64,000 nt of DNA from an uncultured Candidatus Altimarinota bacterium (GCA_963751115.1 CAVVTN010000002.1:58197-122196); one strand, 5' to 3'; counted from the first letter of the stretch, positions 23,692 to 34,985 are shown. Program-made: numbers and translations. The notes: generated by a model from the letters alone, not told the origin.

Positions 23692-24849
23692 TTACTTTTT
23701 TACAAAACTCAGCGTATAGTCAAGTATAGTAGATACAAAATCGATATTTTGATTTTGTTGATTATTGCGATCAATAGCTGTTTGGATCAAATTATTGAGA
23801 AATTCTGCTTGTGAGAAACCACTCCTCTCCCAGAGGTGCATCTGAAGTGCCCCAGGAATGGAATTTACTTCATTCACATAAATCTTATCCGCCGCACTAT
23901 CGTAGAGATAGTCGATTCGCGGAGCCCCTCCTTCACAGAAAAAAGCGGTAAATATTTGCTTGCTCATCTCTCCAATTTGCGTAGCACATACTTCAGAAAT
24001 AGGTGCTGGCGTGATAACTTTTTCTTCGAGTCCTTGCATCGTCCCGCCATTTTCTCCTGTATATTTTTCATCGAACGAAAGAAAATTCCCATTCGTAACT
24101 GGTTGTTGTATGAAGGAAACGATGATGTTCTCTTCCTGTTTCATAACACACTGAAGAAGCTCCGTTGGATTTACAACACCCTCTTCTACCAAAATATCTG
24201 AATCATAATGAAAAGCGAGCTCGATGGCCTGTATGAGTTCTGTTTCATTAGTAACACGACTCACTCCGATAGAAGATCCAAGATTTGCTGGTTTAACAAA
24301 AAGAGGATAAGAAAATTCTCTATCAAAAAGTGTATAATCTATAGTGTCACCTATGTGAAAAGCTTTATATTTGGTGATGGGCAATCCGATTGACTGAAAC
24401 ATCCCTTTCATGGCAATCTTATTAAGAGAAAGTGCCATTCAGAGAACCGATGGTGAAACATATGGTACTTTGAGCATTTCACAAAGTCCCTGAATCGTTC
24501 CATCTTCCCCATTTTTCCCATGAAGTACAGGGAAAATCACATCGAGTATTATCTCTTTTGGTCGAGAAAATATATTCCTTCGTCCTGTTGAGAGATGGAG
24601 TTTTCCAGGTTTCGAGAAATCTATATTACAAGGTACAATTTCCTCAATATTATTTCGACGATACTCCGTAATACCTTTCAGATCTTTGAGTCGATTGTCC
24701 GAAATCCAGTGACCCTCACTATCTATATAAATGGGATGCACATTATATAAGCCTATCTTCTCTAGCCATACCATAACCGCATAGGCGCTGGCAATAGAAA
24801 CCTCGTGTTCCGCTGAACGACTCCCGAAAACAACTCCGATATTAATCAT
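23692..24849 (-). CDS. ddl: D-alanine--D-alanine ligase
   Basis: Track ORFs 24439..24849 and 23692..24438 are contiguous, separated only by TGA (..PYVSPSVL-G-MALSLNK..). Confidence 0.9.
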
Positions 24850-24859
24850 AGTGTACAGA

Positions 24860-25381
24860 TTATAAATGAGTAGAAAATATAGAATGAATATGAGAAATAA
24901 GACTCTCCAGATTTCCTGAATTATCTATGTGAATAACGGAGGAGTCGACTGGCACTTGAAAAGAATCTTTGAGAGTACAATATATAGAATAGTCCGCGTC
25001 GCTCACATCATCTCGGCGAGCATCCAATCGTGTTTTGATACTTTCGTCCACATCGCAAGTTACGAGAACAAATACGGTTTCGTATCCTCATACTTCTGCG
25101 AGTTCTTTCACTTCTTGCCGTCGGTATTCATGTCCAAAAACTGCATCCCAAACGATTATTTTCCCTTCTCACATAGCATCTCTCGCACGAATTACACAGG
25201 TTTCCCAAACTTTCTGAGAAGCTATTTTACTATACTCGGGAACAGGAAATAATTCTTTCCGAATCCCATCTGCCGATATGTGAAGAGTTTCCTCTTTTGG
25301 AAGCATATTCAAGAGGTACTTCGCTACCGTCGTCTTCCCACTTCCCGGCAAACCAAATACGATGTAAAGAGTTTTGTTCAT
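24860..25381 (-). CDS. P-loop kinase/ATPase (AAA_33-like)
   Basis: MNKTLYIVFGLPGSGKTT. Track ORFs 25169..25381 and 24860..25051 are in one frame, joined through two TGA codons. Confidence 0.6.
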
Positions 25382-25440
25382 GAAAAATATTAGAAAAAAT
25401 AACTCTTCATTCTAGAATTTTCTTGGCACGGTTTTTAAAA

Positions 25441-25577
25441 TGACGATTTCCCGCAACTGGGATTTTCAAAGGGAAAACTGTTTGAGAACGACGATAAACA
25501 GTTTATTTTCCTGCCACCAGACGAGTTTTTTCCCTTTGAAAGGTTTTGGTACTTTTCTCGACAAAAGTATATATTCA
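25441..25577. repeat. Approximately 135-nt structured repeat, copy 1 (downstream of atpG)
   Basis: About 85 percent identical to 27164-27297. It has a long-range stem tcaaagggaaaac/gttttttccctttga and a terminal hairpin tactttt..aaaagta. Confidence 0.6.
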
Positions 25578-25627
25578 TCTCTATGAAACCAAGGAAGATT
25601 TCTCACATTCGTTCGAAATGACATTTA

Positions 25628-26542
25628 TTATTCCTTCATACTCTCCACTCCGCTTACAATCTCCGATACTTCCTTGGTAATACTTGCCTGACGAGCCTTA
25701 TTATAACTCAAAGTCAGTGCAGAAACTTTTTTAGTAGCACTATCTTTCGCGTTCTTCATAGCAACCATACGAGATGAGTGCTCAGATGCTTTGGACTCGA
25801 GGAGGATCTCATAGAGGAGCATACTGAGAATCATCGGGATAACTTCGTTGACGATAGTTTCCGTGTCTGGCTCAATAGTATATTGTTCCACCGTTACGAG
25901 ATCGCTGGTATTTTGTCCGACAATTTCACTCAAAAATGAAACGATATCCGTTCGATCGAGTGGGAGAAATTGCTTCACTACCGCTTTTTGATTGATGGCT
26001 GAGATATAATAACTATGTACGACTTTTACTGCATCGTAGTTGAGTTTCTCGTGTGCTTGTTTGGTGAAAAGTTCACGGAGCATAGAACTGATAGATTTCA
26101 CGTCTCCGATTTCTATCGTGTCTTTCATAGAATCAGAAAAATCCGCAACGAGATTTCCACCAGTACGGAGGATAAATTCACGAGCCTTTTTCCCGATAGT
26201 AATATAGTCAATCGTCATATCTGGGTGGTCTTTTCGGTACTGCGCTACTTTTTTAAAAGTATTTACATTGTACCCACCGCAAAGTCCTTTATTGGAAGAG
26301 ATAACAACAAGAAGTTCTCGTGAAGTTGCATGAGAATGTCCCCCAATAGAAGGAATATCCCGAAGGGAATCGCTGACATTGGCAAATATTCGAAGTGCAG
26401 CGAGAGCAAAGGGACGACTCAAAAGTACTCATTCCTGAGCTTTCTTCATCTTCACTGTCGAGATGAGTTCCATCGCACGAGTAATCTTCTTCGTGTTCGT
26501 AACCGACTTGATACGAGCTTTGATTTCTTTACCGGAAGCCAT
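25628..26542 (-). CDS. atpG: ATP synthase F1 gamma subunit
   Basis: [38 protein letters not shown](TGA)-VLLSRPF joins track ORF 25628..26422. Confidence 0.9.
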
Positions 26543-26581
26543 AGATTGAGAACTTAGAATTTAGAAACTTAGATTAATTTT

Positions 26582-27139
26582 TTAGATGACTATTTCTTTT
26601 GGCTTAACAAACACAAGAAATCAGATAAATATTATATTCACGACTGGAATAAGTAAAAGAAAGAGAAGCTTTCGAGATATTCCAAGTGTATTAACACGCC
26701 TGAATGAATCTATGAAGCAGGCATATATAGGTAATAATGATAAAATATATGCAAAATATAGTATACTACTATGATAGTGATCTGTAAAATTCATTGTAAT
26801 ACTAGCCAAATTCATCCATCATGTCAGTGTCAGATTTATAGCAATTGAAGTTAAAAATGCTGTTGGTAATAAGTATAATAAAACTCCACTTAGACTATAA
26901 CCAATAATATCTTTGATATACTCTTTTCTATCACATAAACCTTCTCATAAGAAATCACTCTTTTGCCACTTAGTCGTAATAAATAATTTATATGCTCAAT
27001 AAATTAGCGGTCCTCCGATAACAATATATACCATAATATTTGTAGAGAGACTAAATTTCACTCCCGCACCAATTATATCTTGAATAAAAAGAAGTACTAT
27101 ATAGAGAAAGATGGTAATTTTAAAAAGTTTCCAAGACAT
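26582..27139 (-). CDS. DUF805-like membrane protein (inserted between atpA and atpG)
   Basis: ATG at 27139 reads through several TGA codons into track ORF 26621..26815 (..RRVNTLGISRKLLFLLLIPVVNIIF..), ending at TAA 26582-26584. AT-rich. Confidence 0.6.
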
Positions 27140-27163
27140 ATTTAGGTATTATAGAATATTTAA

Positions 27164-27297
27164 TGACGATTTCCCAAAATGGGGTTTTCAGGGGGAAAAC
27201 TGTCTGAGGCCGATGACATGTAGTTTATTTACTGCCACCCGACGAGTTTTTTCCCCTTGAAAGCTTTTGGTACTTTTGACTACAAAAGTATATACTA
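27164..27297. repeat. Approximately 135-nt structured repeat, copy 2 (abuts the atpA stop codon)
   Basis: See copy 1. The stem here is tcagggggaaaac/gttttttccccttga, showing paired changes relative to copy 1. Confidence 0.6.
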
Positions 27298-28798
27298 ATA
27301 CATCTTCTTCAAACTTTCCAAAACTCCATTGAGTTTTGTTTTACTCTCATCGTTCAAATCCTTTGTTTCCATAATACTTGCAAGAATAGCCCCCTCTTCT
27401 TCGAGTGCTGCATAGAAATCTTTTTCAAATCTCTTGATATCTTCAACGGCGATGCTGTCAAGATATCCATTGGTTCCTGCATAGATAATACAAGTCTGCT
27501 TCTGAAATGGAACAGGAGAATACACATTTTGTTTCAAGATTTCTACCATACGTTTTCCTCGTTCGAGTGCATTTCGTGTATCTTCGTCGAGGTCAGAAGC
27601 AAATTGAGAGAACGCCTCCAATTCACGATACTGAGCAAGAGAAAGTTTCAAAGTTCCGGCAACTCGTTTCATAGCCTTCGTCTGAGCAGAACCTCCGACA
27701 CGAGAAACAGAAAGTCCTACGTTAATCGCTGGTTTAATACCCGCATTGAAAAGATTGGACTCGAGAAATATCTGACCATCGGTGATAGAAATAACATTTG
27801 TTGGAACATAGGCAGAAACGTCTCCTCCCTGAGTTTCGATAATAGGAAGTGCCGTCATAGAACCAGCTCCAAGAGCATCGCTCAATTTTGCAGAACGCTC
27901 CAAAAGACGAGAGTGAAGGTAAAATACATCTCCAGGGTACGCCTCTCGTCCTGGCGGACGACGAAGAAGAAGGGCCATTTCACGGTAGGCATTCGCATGT
28001 TTTGTGAGATCATCGTAGATGATGAGTGAATGTTGTCCGTTGAGCATGAAATATTCTCCAACCGCACAACCTGAGTACGGAGCAAGCCATTGCATAGCAG
28101 CAGGACTCGATGCACCAGCAGCAACGATAGTTGTGTATTCCATAGCACCAGAACGACGAAGTTCTTCGGCAATCGCAACCACCTTAGAATCTTTTTGTCC
28201 GATGGCAACGTAGATACACTTCACATTCTGTCCTTTTTGGTTGAGAATGGTATCGATCGCAATCTGAGTTTTTCCGGTCTGACGGTCTCCGATGATAAGT
28301 TCTCGTTGTCCTCGTCCGATTGGTACGAGTGCATCGATAGCTTTGATACCTGTTGCCATAGGCTCATGAACCGATTTACGACTCATAACTCCTGTCGCAA
28401 CTCGTTCTGTTGGATAGAACTCCGTAGAAACAATTGGACCAAGTCCATCGAGTGGATTTCCAAGTGGATCGATAACACGACCGAGAAGTCCATTTCCAAC
28501 GGGAACTTCGAGAGTTCGACCTGTCGTTTTCGCGATCATCCCTTCCTTGATGGTTTCAACTCCAGAAAGTACTACGACACCGACGAAGTTCTCCTCGAGG
28601 TTCATGGCAACCCCACGAGCTCCTGGATTCGAATTCGACAACTTCGTTGTAGGCAACTTCGCGAAGTCCTACGACTTTCGCGATACCATCCCCGAGGGAA
28701 ATAACTTCTCCCGAATTGACTCGTTCAGGAGATAAATCGGTCGAATCGATTTTCGCCTCGATTTCACGAATAAGAGAGTCGATGAGTTGTGTAGACAT
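27295..28798 (-). CDS. atpA: ATP synthase F1 alpha subunit; one +1 frame change near 28616-28640
   Basis: The N-terminus [17 protein letters not shown]...AYNEVVEFE (track ORF 28556..28798) continues in the frame of 27295..28656 as ..[19 protein letters not shown].. Walker A is GDRQTGKT. Confidence 0.9.
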
Positions 28799-28830
28799 AA
28801 TAGGAAAATTAAAAGTGAATAATTAAGAAT

Positions 28831-29247
28831 TTAGATTATTTCAATTTCAGTAATTTCAAGTGGATCAGGTCAAAATCTATTTGATCCAATGACTCATTTG
28901 AAGAAAAATACGTAGATAAGAAAGAAAAAACCAACTATTGGTATATATCATAAAATGACCAACCACCCAGTTTTATCTAAATCATGCAATCTTTTGATTC
29001 TTAGAAATATAGATCAAACGAAAAATATCACAATTAACCATGCTATACTGATAAACATTAATCAATTGGCAAATAATGTAACATCTAATGAATTGACTTT
29101 CAAGATCCATCAAATAATGGAATTTATCAAGAAAATAAGAAACAGTCATAAAGACCCAACTCAGATTAGTTTAAGTTGTTCTATTATATGTTTCTTTCTG
29201 TTATATCTCCCTTTTGAAGAAAACAATTCTTTGAAATATTCTTTCAT
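28831..29247 (-). CDS. DUF805 membrane protein (inserted between atpH and atpA)
   Basis: MKEYFKELFSSKGRYNRKKHIIEQL...IKRLHDLDKTGWLVIL-G-YIPIVGFFFLIYVFFFK-G-VIGSNRF-G-PDP.. with nine in-frame TGA codons. TAA at 28831-28833. Confidence 0.7.
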
Positions 29248-29270
29248 ATTACAGAAAAATTAAGAAAATA

Positions 29271-29616
29271 CTATCTCTTCAACCGATTCTCCACCTCCTG
29301 GAACGATATATCCATCATGTCATCTCCCGAGAAGATTCGGATTCCTCCGCGGATTGTATTATTTTGTTTCCATTCGATGGATTTCGTATCAATCGTTTCT
29401 CCGAAGTGGCGCGTATAGGCAGAAATCGCTATCGATTCGAGAGATTTTTTATTCTTCTTCACCGAAGTATTCCACTCGATATGTCTTGATTCCTGATTGC
29501 GAGCGTGCAAAAAGAGCACGACCACGCTTACCCACGAATTTTTCGAGAGCACGGTACGATTTCAGACTCTTGAGAAGAGTCGTGAGTTCCGTTTTAGAAT
29601 GAGTAGAAAAGTCCAT
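29271..29616 (-). CDS. atpH: ATP synthase F1 delta subunit (short); one +1 frame change near 29505-29535; start uncertain (alternative ATG at 29772)
   Basis: The C-terminal ..NNTIRGGIRIFSGDDMMDISFQEVENRLKR (track ORF 29271..29552) fits an OSCP/delta C-terminus. The upstream part MDFSTHSKTELTTLLKSLKSYRALEKFVGKRG lies in the frame of 29449..29772. Confidence 0.55.
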
Positions 29617-29805
29617 AAATAAGTCTGTAAAGTTTATAAAGTCTGTAAAGTCAAAAGTTGTGTTTTTGTCATCCTGAACTTGTTTCAGGATCTTCCTTGT
29701 ATTTTCTTGAAGTTTCTTATGATTGGAAGATCCCACATATTTTTCGGAACGAATTTTGTGTCTCCTTAACATACAAGACCGAAAAATTCTGGGATGACAA
29801 TATTG

Positions 29806-30282
29806 TTATTCCTTCATAGCTTGTTTGATAAAATCAGCATTTGCTCCATTTTTTCCGAAGAGCTTTTCATTCAGAGAAAGTGCGATAGAAAGGATACGAT
29901 CCTTCATCGCGCCTTCCATTTGCTTTCGTTCGTTGGCGATATCGAGCTCCGCTTTTGCTTTCATTGCCATAATTTCCTCGTTTGCACGAGCAATCATAAT
30001 ACTCGTTTCTTTCTTCGCAAGAGTTTCCGCTTGAGTTTTCATAGCAAGTGCGTCTCGACGAGCGTGCTCGAGGATATCGTGTACCATCTTATCGGCATCC
30101 GCTTTTTGAGCTTCCATATCTTTTGCGAGCGTATCGATATTTGCCTGCTTTGCCTGTTGTACGTCGAGGTAAGAAATGAGTGGTTTAAAAACGAACTTTT
30201 GAAGTACGTAAAAAATGATCGCAAAGTTTACGACCTGCACGAGCATTACCTTCCAATCGACGAATTGTACGAGTTGATCCAT
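29806..30282 (-). CDS. atpF: ATP synthase F0 subunit b
   Basis: Intact track ORF with an N-terminal TM helix followed by a long charged helix. Confidence 0.85.
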   Translation of the reverse strand: MDQLVQFVDWKVMLVQVVNFAIIFYVLQKFVFKPLISYLDVQQAKQANIDTLAKDMEAQKADADKMVHDILEHARRDALAMKTQAETLAKKETSIMIARANEEIMAMKAKAELDIANERKQMEGAMKDRILSIALSLNEKLFGKNGANADFIKQAMKE

Positions 30283-30361
30283 GAGAATTGAGTTCTAAAG
30301 TTTATAAAGTCCGTACAGTTAGATGGATTCAGATTTTATGAAAGAATGAGGAAAGTTCAAG

Positions 30362-30460
30362 GAAAATTGACGCCATAGCGCCCCCCTTGAGGGGTTACCG
30401 TGTGTGAACCGTACAACTTGTACGATGAACGAGGCACGGAGATTTAACAAAGAAATTTTC
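30362..30460. repeat. Intergenic repeat family copy R2 (atpE-atpF spacer)
   Basis: Sequence gaaaattga..ccgtacaacttgtacgatgaacgaggcacggagatttaacaaagaa. Confidence 0.5.
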
Positions 30461-30480
30461 CATTATTTCATAAAATCTCC

Positions 30481-30693
30481 CTATTTAATTACGAATGCCA
30501 TCGCAATACCGAAAATTGCCAATGCCTCGATAACTCCAAGAAATAGGAACATTTCGATAACAAGAGATTTCTTTGCATTGGGATTTCGTCCAATTGCTTC
30601 CATAGCTCCTTTACCAACGAGTCCAAGTCCGATACCAGAACCGATAAGTCCAAGTCCGATTACGATTGCCATAGCAAGTGCGTGTAATTCCAT
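30481..30693 (-). CDS. atpE: ATP synthase F0 subunit c
   Basis: Intact track ORF with the motif ..GRNPNAKKSLVIEMFLFLGVIEALAIFG.. Confidence 0.9.
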   Translation of the reverse strand: MELHALAMAIVIGLGLIGSGIGLGLVGKGAMEAIGRNPNAKKSLVIEMFLFLGVIEALAIFGIAMAFVIK

Positions 30694-30833
30694 AAGAGAA
30701 AAAAATTAATAATAAGTAGGTTAATATAGGAGCTGTTAGCTTCTAATCTTTGACGTTTTCCGAAGAAAAAATCAAGAATCAGATACTAAAATATAAGAAT
30801 TTCCAGAGATGGGAAAGAATGAGAGAATTCGAA

Positions 30834-30920
30834 TGAAAATTGAGTACTGAAGCGAGGTGTACTGTTTAGTACGATGAGCGAAGCACGGAAATTTAAGTGC
30901 GAAGTCTGAAATTATTTCCC
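30834..30920. repeat. Intergenic repeat family copy R3 (atpB-atpE spacer)
   Basis: Sequence gaaaattgag..gtactgtttagtacgatgagcgaagcacggaaatttaag. Confidence 0.5.
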
Positions 30921-30927
30921 ATCTCGT

Positions 30928-31722
30928 CTAGTGGTGGACTTCTTGCGATTCCTTGAAATACACGAGCATCAAAATAGTAAATATAAAACCCTGAAACAAT
31001 GCGACGAATATTTCATACAAAAAGAATGGAATCGGCCCAAAAATAGGAAAATGCAAAAATTCTGCACTCAAAAAGGTAATTACGGAGATGAGGATAATTC
31101 CTGCGAAGATATTTCCAAACAATCGGAATGAGAGTGAGAGAATACGAGAAAGTTCAGAAATCAAGTGAATCCATCCAAAGAGCATATTTCCAAATCGTGC
31201 GCCGATGCTCGCTCCGCGAAAATTACAGATATATCCGCTGAAGTGGAGCCAAGTTCCTTTGGTTCGTGTGTGGTAAAATTGTGCGAGTCCAATCGTGAAA
31301 AGTGCCAGAACGAGTGTCGTGGAAAGGTCCGAAGTAATCGGTCGAAGATAATGAGTAATACCTGGATCAAACGCCCCAATAACTTCTAAGACGAGACCGA
31401 AAAGATTTGCGAAAATAACAAACATAGCAACTGTTGCCACGATGAAAAAATTCTTTCGTGCAAAATCTTCATTGTCCAGAACGGAATTAAATCCAGAACG
31501 CATCAATGATACGAGTTCCTGAAAAAACATACGGAGTCTTCCAAAATATCCTTTGCGAATAGAACGATTCACGAAAAAAACAATCGTGAAAAGAATTGCC
31601 ATAAAAATCCACATAGAAAGAAGTGTCGTTGTCACAAAACCAAAAACCGGCTCTCCTCGGAGGGTCGGAATATGTGGTCCAGTATGAACTTCGGTGGTAG
31701 TAACTAGCTCAGTTTCACTCAT
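30928..31722 (-). CDS. atpB: ATP synthase F0 subunit a
   Basis: Track ORF 30928..31836. The internal ATG (MSETELVTTTEVH..) is taken as the start. Motif ..LSLSFRLFGNIFAGIILI.. Confidence 0.85.
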   Translation of the reverse strand: MSETELVTTTEVHTGPHIPTLRGEPVFGFVTTTLLSMWIFMAILFTIVFFVNRSIRKGYFGRLRMFFQELVSLMRSGFNSVLDNEDFARKNFFIVATVAMFVIFANLFGLVLEVIGAFDPGITHYLRPITSDLSTTLVLALFTIGLAQFYHTRTKGTWLHFSGYICNFRGASIGARFGNMLFGWIHLISELSRILSLSFRLFGNIFAGIILISVITFLSAEFLHFPIFGPIPFFLYEIFVALFQGFIFTILMLVYFKESQEVHH

Positions 31723-31854
31723 AAAAAGATGGGTGTATAGAATGGGTAAAATCGCGGAAAGTATAGAGAAAATGAAAGAAAAAGCAAATGGAAATCCTTT
31801 AAATACTATAAAATTTGACTTACTATAAAAAATCAAATTCTATAAGTCTCTCAA

Positions 31855-31957
31855 AAGCGAAGTAATTTGAGTGTAAATCGAGCAGCGGAATGAATCGTAC
31901 AAATGTACGAAGAATGAGCAAGCGGAGATTTAAACTCAAAGAACAAGTTTTTCAGAG
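31855..31957. repeat. Intergenic repeat family copy R4 (upstream of atpB)
   Basis: Sequence ..gaatcgtacaaatgtacgaagaatgagcaagcggagatttaaactcaaagaacaagtttttcaga. Confidence 0.5.
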
Positions 31958-31962
31958 ACTTA

Positions 31963-32193
31963 TTATCTTCTTCTACTATAGACCTCCTTTACCGAACTCT
32001 CCGTCCCCAGAGAGATGTGTTTTCCTTTACAAATAGGACATTCATAGAGATATTTATCGGGATTGAGTCGCACAGCATCGACATTTTTCTGACAATCACG
32101 GCAGTAAAAAGTAACTCCGCCACGCTCTTGAGAAAACTCTTCTTTTCTCTTCTCAAAAGTTGGGATATTTACGAGATCATTATAGGTAGCCAT
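31963..32193 (-). CDS. Small zinc-ribbon protein
   Basis: Internal ATG of track ORF 31963..32277. MATYNDLV...FYCRDCQK...YECPICKGK. Confidence 0.5.
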   Translation of the reverse strand: MATYNDLVNIPTFEKRKEEFSQERGGVTFYCRDCQKNVDAVRLNPDKYLYECPICKGKHISLGTESSVKEVYSRRR

Positions 32194-32203
32194 AAATCTA
32201 AGG

Positions 32204-32638
32204 TTAAAGAATATTATTCTGCGTATATTCAAAGGGTTTTTCATTTCAATCAAACTTGAATTCTTTTTCTCAGTCATTGGAAAGTTTTGACTCTTGTCAT
32301 TGTATAATCAATATCTTTTCTTTTTCTCAAATTTTATTTGCAATAAAAACAAATAACAATAGTAATGAAGCTATTATTATAAAAATAAATCCACCACCTG
32401 TTTCACTCATTCTCAACCAAAATTTTTGAACATCTGTTGTATGTAAATTATTTATATCTGTATAACATGGACCTCTGGAGTACTTCGGACAAGTTAATGG
32501 GAGTTGATAATATTCCATTAAAACATTATCATTTATTTGAGAATTAATAAAACTATTTCATATAGTTGTACCAACGGTAGTACAGAAAATAAATAAAACA
32601 ATCCAAAATATTGCTTTTAAATAGCTACTTGGAACCAT
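32204..32638 (-). CDS. Hypothetical membrane protein (144 aa)
   Basis: ATG at 32638 (MVPSSYLKAIFWIVLFIFCTT..) reads in frame through TGA into track ORF 32327..32518 and on to TAA at 32204-32206. Confidence 0.4.
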
Positions 32639-32664
32639 ATCTATGTAATTTTAGAAAATACTTT

Positions 32665-33771
32665 CTAAAAGATTTTACTCAAGAATCCCTCATCTGCAAC
32701 TTCGATTTTCTTTTCCTTGGCTATTTCGTGATAAAGTTCTCGTTCTTTTTTACTTGGATGCGTTGGAATCTTTATATTAATTGTTATGAACAAATCTCCT
32801 TTTTGATCTTTGGAAATATGTTTCACGCCATCTCCTTTGAACTTGAGAACTTCGCCATGCTGAGTTCCTGCCTTGATTTCCAAAGTTCGTTCTCCGAGTA
32901 CTGGGATTTTGATAACTTTCTTGGTTCCGAGAACCACTTCTACAGGATCGATTTCGAGGGTATAGTAGAGATTCATATCTTCTCTCGTCAGTCCGTCGAT
33001 ACTATCTGGAATACTGAATGAGATATAGAGATCTCCAGATTTTGACCCGATTCCATCATTTCCTTCTCCTCGAACTTTTATCGTCATCCCATCATCGATT
33101 CCAGCGGGGATATCGATTTCTTTCTCAGTTTTAATAGTTTCACGCCGTTCTCCGCGACAAGTCGTACATTTATCCGTGATAATCTTCCCAGTCCCCTGAC
33201 ATACATCACAAATTCCTGTTTGTTCCATAACCCCAAAGATAGTCTGAGTACGTCTGCGAACCTGTCCAGCCCCGCGACACTGTGAACATTCTTTCGGTTC
33301 GGTTCCCTTTTTTGCTCCTGTTCCCGTACACTCGGTACAAACCACCTTCCGACTATAGGAAATATTCTTCTTGAGTCAGCTCATAGCTTCTGCGAAATCC
33401 AGTTTCACACGAATCTCGATATCCTCACCTTCTATACCGCCAGATCGACGGCGAGTTCCACCCGCTTGAGTACCACCAAAAAAAGACTCGAAAATATCCG
33501 AGAAATCCATATTGGTATGAAATCCACCAGTGCCACTACCAAATCCCCCTCCCATATCATTCGTCCCGAATCGGTCATATTGAGCCCGTTTTTGTGGATC
33601 AGAGAGGGTTGCATAGGCTTCATTCACTTCTTTGAAAAGAGTTTCTTTTTCCTTATCGCCACCATGTCGATCAGGGTGTACCTCCATCGCTTTTTTGCGA
33701 TACGCTCGTTTAAGCTCCTCTGCACTCACATCGCGAGAAACTTCGAGGATAGAGTAGAATTCGTATGCCAT
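32665..33771 (-). CDS. dnaJ: Chaperone DnaJ
   Basis: Track ORFs 33376..33771 (J-domain, HPD) and 32665..33345 (four CxxCxG zinc repeats) are in one frame, joined by TGA. Confidence 0.9.
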
Positions 33772-33923
33772 AAATAGTTATTAATTGTTAGTTATTAGGC
33801 TTTAGAAAATAAAACGTCGTCATTGCGATACCCTCAAGGGGTACCCCGGGAGCGACAGCGACGTAGTAATCTCTAAGAGAGTTATTTTTATGGAAAGTAT
33901 TGTATGGAAAAATGAAAAAATGC

Positions 33924-33960
33924 AATCAAAAAAGAGGAGATTATCCATTTGTCTCCTCTT
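33924..33960 (-). terminator. Rho-independent terminator
   Basis: On the minus strand: aagaggaga-caaatggataa-tctcctctt followed by ttttttg. Confidence 0.55.
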
Positions 33961-33971
33961 TATCTGGTCTC

Positions 33972-34919
33972 TTATTTTTTCTCTCAAACCAACCCTTGGT
34001 AATACTCAGGAAAATACCGCATAATTCCATACAGAACTTCATTCGGATCTCTCGCAACCAACTGACATACCACAAGAAACATATTTTCGAGATCCGCCTC
34101 TTTGATGACAAAATCGTTTTTAAATGTTCCGAGGTTTCCTATCTGCACCACCCCATCAGGGTCGCTAACATAGAAAGAGAGCTGTTTCTTCTCTCGGTCC
34201 AATATCGGAAAACATAACTTCCTATTTGCAAGAGAAAAATATATCTCATTATTGATACCAGTCGGTATTGTTTCAAAGAGAATATCATCACGACCATAAT
34301 TATATAAACCAAATTTATAAGCACCTCCTCATGCTTCATAGGGGACCATTTCCACTCCTCATTTCCAAGGATTTCCTCCGCTGAAAAACGCTTTTTGCCA
34401 ATCCCATTTTCCAAGAGTATTCCCTCCCATCGGATCGATGGATCGAACATAGAGAAGGAGGCTGGTAATAAGCTGGTGCACGCTCTGATAAAAAGAAAGA
34501 TACCCCTGTACTTCCGTATCAGTGTCCGTACAAAAAACAATAGTGTCTCCATGGATGCTGACATCATAACTAAATACCCTCTCGGTATCGGCACTTCTCC
34601 ATATTCTCATTCCAGAACGATCTCGAAGAATCTCAGAAAGATAGAAAGAGCCTATTTGCTTCTCTCTTTCCAAAGTAACTTCCGAAAGATTCAAAACTTC
34701 CAACACCCGTTTACCAACATATTCAGGATACTGGAGAACAACCTCTCTTTCGGAGCCTGGAAAATAGGGATATAAATTCTCTGGCAGACAGTCAGCAATC
34801 TTTTGATGATAGGAACCGATAACATCTACAAGTTCTCTTCGTTTTTTCCCATCAAAAAGCTCAGGATAGTCACTCTGAAGCACTAAATATTCTGCCGAGC
34901 TGAGAAACTTTTCTGACAT
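33972..34919 (-). CDS. Hypothetical protein (315 aa)
   Basis: Track ORFs 34359..34919 and 33984..34202 are in one frame, joined by TGA-containing sequence. TAA at 33972-33974. Confidence 0.5.
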
Positions 34920-34985
34920 AAAAACAGTATTTTACAGAAACTATTATTCAATATAGTTATATCCATAAAATACTGACTGTCAAAT

